Assembly: GCA_016871775.1 (NCBI GenBank)
Contig: VHCI01000003.1
Coordinates: forward strand, 9,458 to 73,457
Length of the DNA: 64,000 nucleotides
From: Verrucomicrobiota bacterium
GTDB lineage: Bacteria; Verrucomicrobiota; Verrucomicrobiia; Opitutales; Opitutaceae
Direction: 5' to 3'
Numbering within the stretch: position 1 is the first letter of the stretch; each line of letters starts with the position of its first letter. The position numbers were made by a program, and so were the translations under genes. Below, one piece after another: positions 9,846-18,970 of the stretch. Under the pieces are notes generated by a model. It had not been told where the DNA came from. It was given only the letters and a program-made list of their open reading frames with translations, and searched no databases.

Positions 9846-10634
9846 ATGCGCACCGAGGTTGAACTGGAATACCGCGACGGGATCGCGCACCTGACCCTGC
9901 GGCCGCCGGAGGGCAAGCCGCCGACGCTCGACCACGGGGTGATCGCGCGCCTCGACGCGCTCTGCGCCGAGGTGGAGACGCGGGCGGGGACCCTGGTGGC
10001 GGTGGTGGTGCGCAGCGCGTCGGCGCGGCACTTCTGCGCGGGGGCCAACCTCGAGGTGATGCGGACGATTACGGCGGCCAACGTGGCGGACTGGGTGCAC
10101 CAGGGCCACCGGCTGATGAACCGGCTGGAGGCCTTGCCGCTGCCGGTGGTGGCGGTCGTGGAGGGGTACGCGCTGGGCGGCGGCCTGGAACTGGCGATGG
10201 CGTGCGACCTGATTTTCGCGTCGGACACGGCCCGGCTCGGCCAGAGCGAGGTCAAGCTGGGGCTGGTGACCGGCTGGGGCGGCTGCCATCGCCTTGCGCG
10301 CCGGGTCGGGCTGGCGCGGGCGAAGGAGCTGGCCTTCAGCGCCCGCCTGGTGGAGGCCGGCGAGGCCGCGCGCATCGGCCTGGTCGACTGGGCGGGGCCC
10401 GCGGCGGAGCTGGAGGCGCGCGTGCGGGAATTCACGGTGGCGGTGGCCGCGAACAGCCGGGCCGCGGTGCGCGAGACGAAGGCCATCCTCGCCGCGTGCG
10501 CGGAGGGTACCGTGGCGGAAAGCGCGGACATCGAGGCGGCGGCCTCGGAACGCTGCCTCCGCGACGGCGACGCCCCCGCCCGCCTCGCCCAATTCTTCGC
10601 CGCGCGCCGCCCCTCGCCGCCCCCAGCCGGCTGA
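9846..10634 (+). CDS. Enoyl-CoA hydratase/isomerase (crotonase family)
   Basis: FCAGANL oxyanion motif; GGGLELAMACD and GQSEVKLG carry both catalytic Glu residues. Confidence 0.92.
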   Translation: MRTEVELEYRDGIAHLTLRPPEGKPPTLDHGVIARLDALCAEVETRAGTLVAVVVRSASARHFCAGANLEVMRTITAANVADWVHQGHRLMNRLEALPLPVVAVVEGYALGGGLELAMACDLIFASDTARLGQSEVKLGLVTGWGGCHRLARRVGLARAKELAFSARLVEAGEAARIGLVDWAGPAAELEARVREFTVAVAANSRAAVRETKAILAACAEGTVAESADIEAAASERCLRDGDAPARLAQFFAARRPSPPPAG

Positions 10635-10661
10635 GCCCGCCCCCGCCCGGGCGGCCCGCAA

Positions 10662-10758
10662 ATTGTCGACGATCAGTCACCGCCCTGCCCTACCCTCGAG
10701 GTAGGATTGGCGTTTGTTAACAAATTCCCTTGACCCGATTGTTGACGATTTTTAGCTC
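10662..10758 (+). promoter_or_regulatory. Promoter region of the TBDR with three candidate GntR operators
   Basis: ATTGTCGACGAT (10662-73), TTTGTTAACAAA (10713-24) and ATTGTTGACGAT (10738-49). The third lies in the 17-nt spacer of TTGACC(10730)-N17-TAGCTC(10753). Confidence 0.62.
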
Positions 10759-10852
10759 CCTTTCCGATCCCACCGACGCCGAAGCGCCCTGCGCCGCCCG
10801 GCGGCCTCCCTCACCCCCGACCCTGCCCCGGCCTTTTGTCTAACCCCCACCG

Positions 10853-13105
10853 ATGAGATCCCAACCCCTGCAGAGACTTCGCGGCCGCCTGTCCCCGCAC
10901 GCCGCCGCCCTTGCCCTCGCGCCCCTCGCGTTTGCCCAGCCGGCCCCGAATCCGGCCCGCGACGAGGCGGTTCGGCTCGACGTGTTCACGGTCCGGGAGA
11001 ATCCGGCCCGCGCCTACGGCTCGTCGAACCTCGCCTCCGCCACCCGCCTGAACACGCCCGCGGAGAACGTGCCGCAGACGATCAGCGTGCTGAACGAGGT
11101 GCTCCTGAAGGACATCTCAGCCTTCTCGTATGATCAGGCGGTGCGTTACACGCCGGGTGTCACCCAGCGGCAGAACGTGCGCGACGGGAGCGTCATCCGC
11201 GGGTTCATCGTCTCGAACCGGTACCGGAACGGCTTCCTCGTCCCGGGCTTCGAGACGGATATGATCAATGTGGACCGCATCGAGATCATCAAGGGTCCGT
11301 CCGCCTCGATCGCCGGCTCCTCCGAGTCAGGCGGCTACGTGAACATCATCACCAAGCGGCCGCAGGCGAAGGAGGCGGTCGTGGCGGCGGCGACCGTGGG
11401 GTCGCGGGGTTACCTGCGCGGCACGGTCGACGCGACCGGCCCGGTGGCCGGCACGGGCCTGTCCTACCGGCTGAACGCCGTGCACCTCACCGCGGACAGC
11501 TACCGCGACAATGAGAAGCTGCGGAAGACGGCCCTCTACCCTTCCTTCCTCTGGCGGATCTCGCGTGACACGCAGCTCTCGGTGGACCTCGAGTACTACG
11601 ACGGGCTGACGCCCGGCGGTTTCAGCACCCCTTACATCGCGCCGGTGAACACCGTGAGCCAGACCAGCGCGGTCAGCGTGCCCCAGGCGGTGGTGGTGCC
11701 CCCCGGGGTGACGCCGCGCTTCCGGCTGGGCCAGTGGGCGCCGATGTCCCTGAACACCAGCGGCGAGGCCGGGATGGGCTTCTACGCGGACCTCTACTCG
11801 ATCTTCACGACGCTCACGCACCAGTTCAACGAGGTGTTCACCGTGCGCCAGGCCGTCTCCTACTTTGACAGTTCCTCCAATCTCTACCGGTCCGTGGTGG
11901 CGAATTTCTTCACCTACAACGCCAACGGCGAGATCATCTACGAGCGCAACGCCACCCGGAACACCGCCTCGAGCCAGATCGTGCGGGCGCAGGGTGACCT
12001 CGTCGGCACGCGCAAGTGGCTCGGCGGCAAGCTCGGGACGACCGTGCTGCTCGGCTACGACCTCGGCCGCACCGACAGCGCCGGCACCACCACGACCGGA
12101 CAGATGGAGCCCATCAACATCAGCAGCCCGGTCTACGGGGTCCCGCTGCGCACCCCGATGCTCAAGACGGTCGACAACGTCTCCAAGGGCGGCAACTACG
12201 GCTACTTCGCCAACGCGCAGTTGACCGGCTTCAACGAGCGCGTGGTGGTCACCGGCGGCCTGCGGCGCGACCAGGGCAAGGCCTCCTGGACGCGCAACAA
12301 CTTCACCGGGGCCTACACCAACGTTCCGACCACGCCCACGGTCGAGAGCCCGATGTACGGGCTCACCGTCAAACCCCTGCCGTGGCTGTCCGCCTATGCG
12401 GTTTACAGCGAGGCGGGCGCGGCCAGCCGCCAGGTAGCGATCTTCCCGAACATCCCGCTGACGGATCCCCGGCAGATCCTGCGCACCGTGACCCCGCTCA
12501 CCACGAACGACGAGTTCGGCCTCAAGGCCAGCCTGCTCAACGGCGCCTTCGGCATCAACCTCGCCCACTACAAGATCGTGCAGGTCGACAACGTGCGGAA
12601 CAACACCAGCAACGACATCGTCAACGTGCCGGGCGGTTCCCAGAACATCATCGAGAGCGGCAATATGGCCAAGGGCTGGGAGCTCGAGTTCAGCGGCAGC
12701 CTGCGGCGCGACCTCGCGCTCGTCGGCGGGTACGCCTACACCGAGACGCAGGCCCCCGGTTTCCGCTCCGACGGCCGCTCCCCGCGCGAGATCCGCGGCA
12801 TCCCCCGGCACAAGCTGCAGGCTTTCGCCAAGTACGATTTCATTGGGGAACGCGCCAACGGATTCTCCATCCGCGCCGGGATGGTCTACCAGACCTCCGT
12901 CTGGGGCATCGCGGAGAACACCTACCGGATCGCCGGCGGCACCCGCTGGGACGCAGGCCTGAACTACCGCCGCAGGAACTGGGACTTCGCCCTCACGTGC
13001 GAGAACCTGACCAACATCGTCTTCGTCCAGGCCGCCATTGCCCCGGGCAGCAACACCGTCGACGCCCCGCGGACGGTCTACTTCAGCGCCACCGCGAAAT
13101 ACTAA
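10853..13105 (+). CDS. TonB-dependent receptor
   Basis: Signal peptide; plug motifs ASATRLNTP..NVPQTISV and DRIEIIKGPSA; C-terminal aromatic residue. Confidence 0.93.
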   Translation: MRSQPLQRLRGRLSPHAAALALAPLAFAQPAPNPARDEAVRLDVFTVRENPARAYGSSNLASATRLNTPAENVPQTISVLNEVLLKDISAFSYDQAVRYTPGVTQRQNVRDGSVIRGFIVSNRYRNGFLVPGFETDMINVDRIEIIKGPSASIAGSSESGGYVNIITKRPQAKEAVVAAATVGSRGYLRGTVDATGPVAGTGLSYRLNAVHLTADSYRDNEKLRKTALYPSFLWRISRDTQLSVDLEYYDGLTPGGFSTPYIAPVNTVSQTSAVSVPQAVVVPPGVTPRFRLGQWAPMSLNTSGEAGMGFYADLYSIFTTLTHQFNEVFTVRQAVSYFDSSSNLYRSVVANFFTYNANGEIIYERNATRNTASSQIVRAQGDLVGTRKWLGGKLGTTVLLGYDLGRTDSAGTTTTGQMEPINISSPVYGVPLRTPMLKTVDNVSKGGNYGYFANAQLTGFNERVVVTGGLRRDQGKASWTRNNFTGAYTNVPTTPTVESPMYGLTVKPLPWLSAYAVYSEAGAASRQVAIFPNIPLTDPRQILRTVTPLTTNDEFGLKASLLNGAFGINLAHYKIVQVDNVRNNTSNDIVNVPGGSQNIIESGNMAKGWELEFSGSLRRDLALVGGYAYTETQAPGFRSDGRSPREIRGIPRHKLQAFAKYDFIGERANGFSIRAGMVYQTSVWGIAENTYRIAGGTRWDAGLNYRRRNWDFALTCENLTNIVFVQAAIAPGSNTVDAPRTVYFSATAKY

Positions 13106-13283
13106 GGCGGCCGGACCCGCCCCGCGCGCCCCGGCCACCGGGGCGCGCCCGCCTCCCGGGGCCCGGGAATCCGGTTGCGCCGGGCCCCGCCGGGCCCAGC
13201 CTCCGCATGTCGGCGAAAATCCCCGCCGGCCCGGCCCCCTCCCGACTCCGCCCATGGCCACCGCTGAACGGCCGACCCGTGAT

Positions 13284-13590
13284 GTGCCCACCCAGCCGCG
13301 CCCGCTCCGCGCCGGCGGCCGGGGCTGGGGTGCCGCCCTCGCGCTGGCGCCCGCAATCCTCAGCGCGGCGTCCCCCTCTCGCGGGGCCGCACCGGAGCCG
13401 GTGGACTTCAACCGCGACGTCCGCCCCCTTGCTCTCGAACACCTGCCTCCGGTGCCACGGGCCGGACACGAAGGGCAATCCCTCGGGCCTGCGACTCGAC
13501 CGGCCGGAGTTCGCCCTCGCGCCTCACCAGGGCGAATCAGGCCGCCGGATCACCGCGTGGGTGCCCGGGAAACCCGCGGCGCCCGGCTAG
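13284..13590 (+). pseudogene. 5' remnant of a planctomycete-cytochrome-C (PSCyt1/DUF1549-type) gene
   Basis: Signal peptide plus VDFNRDVRPL in one frame continues as LSNTCLRCHGPD in another (frameshift ~13425-13432). Stops at 13590 with no DUF1549/1553 body. Confidence 0.7.
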
Positions 13591-13797
13591 GGCACGACCC
13601 CGCCCGCGCGGCCCGGCCCGCGCCGCCGCGCGACGCGCCACGCTTGTTTAGCTTTATTTGTGACTGAAACGCCGCCTTTGTTAACTATTAAGGACCGGAC
13701 CCCGCCTGAAGACCCAGCCACGCCGCCGCCGGTCGCCCCGCCCGATCGCCCTTGAGCGTGGGCAGCGCCCGTGTTCGCTCCCGCCCTCCCGCCCCTT

Positions 13798-14862
13798 ATG
13801 TCCCATCCGGCTCCCTTCCCCTTCCCCGCCAGCCCGCGGCCCGAACCCGGCACGGTGCGCTGGGGCATCCTCGGCTGCGGCGACGTCACCGAGGTCAAGA
13901 GCGGCCCGGGGTTCCGGCTCGCGGCCGGCTCCCGCCTCGTCGCGGTGATGCGCCGCAACGGCGCCCTCGCCGCCGACTACGCCCGGCGCCACGGCGTCCC
14001 CCGCTGGTACGACCAGGCCGAGGCCCTGATCGCCGACCCCGAGGTGGATGCGGTCTACATCGCCACGCCGCCCGACTCGCACGAGAGCTACGCCCGGCAG
14101 GTCGCGGCCGCCGGCAAGCCGGCCTACGTCGAGAAGCCGATGGCCCGCTCCGTCGCGGAATGCGACCGGATGATCGCCGCCTTCGCCGCGCGCGGCCTCC
14201 CGCTGTACGTGGCCTACTACCGCCGCGCCCTCCCCCGCTTCCGGCAAGTGAAACGCTGGCTCGACGAGGGCGCGATCGGGCGGATCACCGGCGTGGACTG
14301 CCATCTCGCCTCCCCCGCCCACCGTGCCGCGCCCGGCTGGCGCACGGACGTCCGCACCGCCGGCGCGGGGCTGTTCCTCGATCTCGGCTCCCACGCGCTC
14401 GACCTGCTGGACTTCCTGCTCGGGCCCCCCACCGACGTGTCCGGCCGGGCGCGCCACGCGGGCGGGCCACAGGAAGCGGAGGACTCGGTCGTGCTGCACT
14501 TCACCGCCGGCGGGGTGGATGGCGTGGCCTCGTGGAACTTCGCCACCGACGCCGCGCGCGACATCTGCCGGATCAGCGGCACCGAAGGGTGCGTGGAATA
14601 CTCGGTGTTCGACGCGGCGCCCGTGCGCCTGACGCGTGGCCGCGAGACGCAGGCGCTGGAGATCCCGCACCCGCCCCACGTGCAGCAGCCGCTGATCCAG
14701 ACCGTGGTGGACGAGTTGCTCGGCTGGGGCACCTGCCCGAGCACGGCCCAGTCCGCGCGGCGCACCTCCGCCGTGATGGACGCGGCGCTCACCTCCTTCT
14801 ACGGGGACCGGAGCGGCGACTTCTGGGCGCATCCCGGCGCCTGGCCCGGCCGGCGGCGCTGA
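13798..14862 (+). CDS. Gfo/Idh/MocA family oxidoreductase
   Basis: WGILGCG Rossmann motif, YIATPP, YVEKPMA, DLGSHALD. Confidence 0.92.
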   Translation: MSHPAPFPFPASPRPEPGTVRWGILGCGDVTEVKSGPGFRLAAGSRLVAVMRRNGALAADYARRHGVPRWYDQAEALIADPEVDAVYIATPPDSHESYARQVAAAGKPAYVEKPMARSVAECDRMIAAFAARGLPLYVAYYRRALPRFRQVKRWLDEGAIGRITGVDCHLASPAHRAAPGWRTDVRTAGAGLFLDLGSHALDLLDFLLGPPTDVSGRARHAGGPQEAEDSVVLHFTAGGVDGVASWNFATDAARDICRISGTEGCVEYSVFDAAPVRLTRGRETQALEIPHPPHVQQPLIQTVVDELLGWGTCPSTAQSARRTSAVMDAALTSFYGDRSGDFWAHPGAWPGRRR

Positions 14863-14869
14863 CCCGCCG

Positions 14870-15253
14870 TCAGGCGAACGGCCGCGCGCGCTGGCAGAGC
14901 TGGAGCGACACGCCCCAGGGGTCGCGCAGCATCACGAGGCAGGTGCCGTCGGGGAACGTGTCCTCCGACTGGAACGTGGCGCCGGCGGCCTCGAGGCGGC
15001 GGCGCTCGGCGCGGGCGTCGGGGGCGACCACGGCGACGTGGAAGCTGAGGGCGGGCAGGTCGGCTAGGGGCCAGCGGGGCACCGCCGGGTTCGAGTAGAG
15101 CTCGAGCACCACGCGGCCCGTGTCATCCCCGAGGAAGTGGGTAAACGGTGCCTCCTCCTTGCGCCACACGACGCGGAAACCGACGTGTTCCGTCCACCAG
15201 CGGGCGTGGGCTAGGACGTCGGGGACATTGAGGGCGAAGTGCTCGAACTTCAT
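14870..15253 (-). CDS. VOC/glyoxalase family protein
   Basis: FEHFALNV, LELY, FHVAV, DPWGVSLQL; 127 aa. Confidence 0.85.
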   Translation of the reverse strand: MKFEHFALNVPDVLAHARWWTEHVGFRVVWRKEEAPFTHFLGDDTGRVVLELYSNPAVPRWPLADLPALSFHVAVVAPDARAERRRLEAAGATFQSEDTFPDGTCLVMLRDPWGVSLQLCQRARPFA

Positions 15254-15510
15254 CGCGGTGAGGGGGTGTGGTATCGACCGTGGCCGACCCGCGTGGGCAG
15301 GCAATCCCGCAGCGCGGGGACGCGAGGACGGGGCTAGGCAACCGTCCTGTTCCCGTGCCCGGCACGTGTGAAACCCACGGGGCAGCGCCGTCCCGCCGCG
15401 TAAAATTACGGGCCCCTCCGTCATCCGCCGCGCTTACCTCCGCTCTCCACCTAGCCGCGACAGGCGGCGATCCGTCTCGCCGCCCGCGGGTGCGGGGAGC
15501 ACCGTGCGCG

Positions 15511-16023
15511 ATGCACCCGACCCTCCGCCACCTGATCGCGCTCCACGGCCTCACGCCCCTGCCGGGCGAGGGCACGCTCTTCGCCCAGACCTACCGCTCG
15601 GCGCACGAACTCGCGCCCGGCGTGCCCGCCGGGACGGCGATGATCGGACTCTACTGCGAGGAACCGCCCAGCCGCTCCCTCTTCCACCGCCTCACCCGCG
15701 ACGAGCTCTGGCACTTTTACGCCGGCGACCCGCTGCGGCTCATCTTGCTCCGCCCCGACGGCTCCTCCGAGGACGTGATTTTGGGCCCCGATCCGCTCCG
15801 CGGGCACCACAGCCAGTACCTGATCCCGGCCGGCGTCTGGCAGGCGGGGCACCTCGAGCCGGGGGGGCTGTACGCCCTATATGGCTGCACCCTCGCCCCG
15901 GGCTTCACGCCCGACTGCTTCGAGGGCGGCACCCGGGCCGCGCTGACCGCGGCGTACCCGGCGCGGCGGGAGGACATCGAACGCCTCGCGTGCCCGGGCG
16001 ACAGCGTCCGGATGCCGGACTGA
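15511..16023 (+). CDS. Cupin domain protein (DUF985/Cupin_5-like)
   Basis: HRLTRDELWHFYAGDPL, IPAGVWQAG, CTLAPGF. Confidence 0.85.
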   Translation: MHPTLRHLIALHGLTPLPGEGTLFAQTYRSAHELAPGVPAGTAMIGLYCEEPPSRSLFHRLTRDELWHFYAGDPLRLILLRPDGSSEDVILGPDPLRGHHSQYLIPAGVWQAGHLEPGGLYALYGCTLAPGFTPDCFEGGTRAALTAAYPARREDIERLACPGDSVRMPD

Positions 16024-16099
16024 ACCCGTCCGGCGGGAGCGCCGCCAGCGGAAGGCGCGGGCGAATTTACGGGAATCCACCCGCGCGACGGGACTCCGC

Positions 16100-18823
16100 T
16101 CAGAAGCGGAGCGCCACCTTTGTGTAGTAGAAGGCGCCGTTAAAGCCGAAGGGAGAAATGCCGTTATACGGAAAGATCCCCGCGTTGTCGCTGCCCTGGA
16201 ACGCCGAGGACGAACGGATGTTCGTCGTCGGGTAGACGTCGAGCAGGTTATTCGCCCCGACGGACACCGTGAGCCGGCGACCCATCCGGTAGGTCACCTC
16301 GAAATCGGTAACCCACTTCGCACCGAAGGTCTGCAGCACTTGGCGCTGCGTGGTCGGCACGGGGGCGCCGGTGGCGCTGATGCTCGGCACCGCGGGCTCG
16401 AACGCGACTTGGTAGCCGCCGGCCAGCGCGTCAACGCGCGCCTGCGCCCAGCCGCTGTTGTCGGTGGCGGAGGCGGTAACCTCGCCGTAGCGGACGAGGC
16501 GCAGGTGGGTCGACCACGCGGAGGAGGGCTCCCAACGCAGGGCCAGATTGAGGTTCTGCCGGGGCTGGCCCTTCTCCATCCGCGTGCGCTCGGTGACATC
16601 GAACAGCGGAATCAGCGTGAGCGCCTGGAGGGCGGCCGGGGTCGCGGAAGCGCGCGTGACCTTGGTGCGGTTGTGGTTCGCCCCGAGGTTGAACGTCATC
16701 TTGCCAAGGCCCGCCGGTCGGATGGTGTAGTGCAGGTCGAGGTCGACGCCCTGCGTGCGGGTGTCGACGGCGTTGGTGAAGAACCGACCGCCGATCGCCT
16801 GCGGCTGCCCATTGCGGGCGAGGAATTCCCGAATCAGCGTAACGCCGGACGGGTCGATGAAGGTCGAGGAAAGGACGATGCGGTCGTCGATTGAGACCTC
16901 GTAGAAGTCGAGGGCGAACGAGAGCCCGCGCGCGGCGTAGGTCGCACCCAGCGAGTAGTTGACGGAGGACTCGGCCTCAAGTGCCTTAGCGCCCATCACG
17001 CGGGCGACGGGATCGGCGACGGGAAAGGTCTTGTTGTCGAAGGGCAGGCCGCCGATGAAGTTCGTAGCCGTGGAGGAGAACCATTGCTGGGCGAGGTGGG
17101 GGGCGCGGAAGCCAGTGCTCGCCGAGCCGCGGAGGGCGGCAGCGCTGGAGAGCGCGAGACGGCCGGCGGCCTTGAAGGTAGTTTTGGCGCCGAAGTCGGT
17201 GAAATCCTCGTGGCGTGCCGCGAGGGTGCCGGTGAAGGACTCGGTCAGCTTGCCCTCGAGTTCGGCGTAAGCGGCCCAGTTGCTCCGCTTCTGCTTGGTG
17301 GCGTCGGTCGGGCGGAAGCCGGGGAAAACTTGGGCGCCGGGCGCGGCGAGAGCGCCGGCATTGGGGCCATCGAGCACGCGCGCGCCGCCATCGCGGTAGG
17401 AGTCCGGCTCGCCGGCCTCGATCTCGTAGCGGTCGCGACGGAACTCCGCGCCGACGGCGACTTGGAGCGGGGAGCGCAGGCCGGCGTCCACCTTGCCGGA
17501 GAAGTCGAGGTTGTTCACCAGTTGCCCGAAGTTGAGTTTGCCGGCGCGGAAGCGGGTCGGGCTGTTGGCGCCAAGGGTGGCATTCGCAGTGTCAGTGATA
17601 GTGAACGCGAAGCCGTTCGCGCCCCAGACCGAGCTCGCGTCCCAGTTCCAGGAGCCGGCGCGGCCGCGGACGCCACCGCCGACCGAATTGTCGGTGATGT
17701 CGGAGTTGATCTTCGGAAGGAAGCCGTTCGGATAAATTGCGCGCACCGTGCGGTCATCGCCGGGCCGGCGGAAGAAACCGGCCGACTTGCCGTCGCGCCG
17801 AGTGGAGCCGCCGAAGAGGTAGCCGGTGACGGTGCTGTCGAGCGGCAACTCGGCGTTGAGGAAGACGCCCTCGTCGCGGGTGTCCGAGTCACCCTGCCAA
17901 TGATTCACGCGAGGGAAGGAGGACTCGCGCGGGTCGAGCGCGAACGTCGTGGCCGGCGCGGCCGCGGCGCCTGTACCGGAGCCGGCGGTCGGGACGAAGC
18001 CCGAGTTAAAGTTGCCGTTAAGCGTGTTGAGCGCGCCGGTGGCAGCGACCCGGCCGAAGTACTGCTGGCGCGTGTCAGGCGCGGAACGGTTCGTGCCACC
18101 ACGCTCCCGGGAAAAGAGGGAGACGTTCAGGAAACCCTTCTCCGCTAGGGACACGCCATGGGCGAGGGACGCCTCGCGGACGATGCCGTCGCCCTGCTTC
18201 GTGAAGCCATAGGTCGCGTTGAAGATCGTGCCCGGGGTGCGGTCGAGCACGACGTTCAGGACGCCAGCGATGGCGTCGGAGCCGTACTGCGCGGCGGCGC
18301 CGTCGCGGAGAACCTCGATGCGGCCGATCGTGGAACCGGGGATCGCATTGAGGTCGATCGAGACCGAACCGCGGCCGACGAAGCCATTGACGTTGACCAG
18401 CGCGCTGGTGTGGCGGCGCTTGCCGTTGACCAGGAGGAGCGTCTGGTCGGGCGCGAGGCCGCGCAGCGTGGCGGGGCGGATGTGGTCGGTGCCGTCTCCG
18501 ATGGTCGCCCGCGGGAAGTTGAAAGAGGGCACCAGCGCTTGGAGCATCTGGGCCGGTTCGGTGTAGCCGCCCACGTTGAGGTCGAGGTTGCTCAGGACGT
18601 CTATCGGCACGAGCGACTCGGTCGCGGTGCGCGGGGCGAAGCGGGTGCCAGTGGCGACCACCGCCTCCATCCGCACCACTTCGGCGCCATCGCGCGCGGG
18701 GGCGGCGGGCGTTGCGGCAGGTTGCGCAGCGAAGGCCGGAACGAGGACGGGAAGCAGCGAGGCCGCGGAAAGCGTGACGATGGAACGCGCCGAGGACCCC
18801 AGAGTAGTTGATGGGTAAGCCAT
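16100..18823 (-). CDS. TonB-dependent receptor
   Basis: Signal peptide, ATGTRFAPRT..ESLVPIDV, RIEVLRDGAAAQYGSDAIAGVLN, C-terminal F. This is the real part of the 1896-aa track ORF. Confidence 0.93.
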   Translation of the reverse strand: MAYPSTTLGSSARSIVTLSAASLLPVLVPAFAAQPAATPAAPARDGAEVVRMEAVVATGTRFAPRTATESLVPIDVLSNLDLNVGGYTEPAQMLQALVPSFNFPRATIGDGTDHIRPATLRGLAPDQTLLLVNGKRRHTSALVNVNGFVGRGSVSIDLNAIPGSTIGRIEVLRDGAAAQYGSDAIAGVLNVVLDRTPGTIFNATYGFTKQGDGIVREASLAHGVSLAEKGFLNVSLFSRERGGTNRSAPDTRQQYFGRVAATGALNTLNGNFNSGFVPTAGSGTGAAAAPATTFALDPRESSFPRVNHWQGDSDTRDEGVFLNAELPLDSTVTGYLFGGSTRRDGKSAGFFRRPGDDRTVRAIYPNGFLPKINSDITDNSVGGGVRGRAGSWNWDASSVWGANGFAFTITDTANATLGANSPTRFRAGKLNFGQLVNNLDFSGKVDAGLRSPLQVAVGAEFRRDRYEIEAGEPDSYRDGGARVLDGPNAGALAAPGAQVFPGFRPTDATKQKRSNWAAYAELEGKLTESFTGTLAARHEDFTDFGAKTTFKAAGRLALSSAAALRGSASTGFRAPHLAQQWFSSTATNFIGGLPFDNKTFPVADPVARVMGAKALEAESSVNYSLGATYAARGLSFALDFYEVSIDDRIVLSSTFIDPSGVTLIREFLARNGQPQAIGGRFFTNAVDTRTQGVDLDLHYTIRPAGLGKMTFNLGANHNRTKVTRASATPAALQALTLIPLFDVTERTRMEKGQPRQNLNLALRWEPSSAWSTHLRLVRYGEVTASATDNSGWAQARVDALAGGYQVAFEPAVPSISATGAPVPTTQRQVLQTFGAKWVTDFEVTYRMGRRLTVSVGANNLLDVYPTTNIRSSSAFQGSDNAGIFPYNGISPFGFNGAFYYTKVALRF

Positions 18824-18970
18824 GGCGGAGTAAAAAGCGCCAAACCTTGGGAGGCAAGTGCTACCGCAACTTGGCGCGAGCCCGCGGCCGGCTGACCCAC
18901 CCCGCGAACCACACATTTCCTTTGCCATCGGGCCCCCCGACGGCCCGGCTGACGCGATCTCAAACGCACC

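Noticed and set aside
10689-10705. Hairpin CCTACC-CTCGA-GGTAGG with the same arms as the MITE copy A hairpin
   Set aside because: The loop differs and there are no TIRs or flanking similarity. It is too short to call a third copy.
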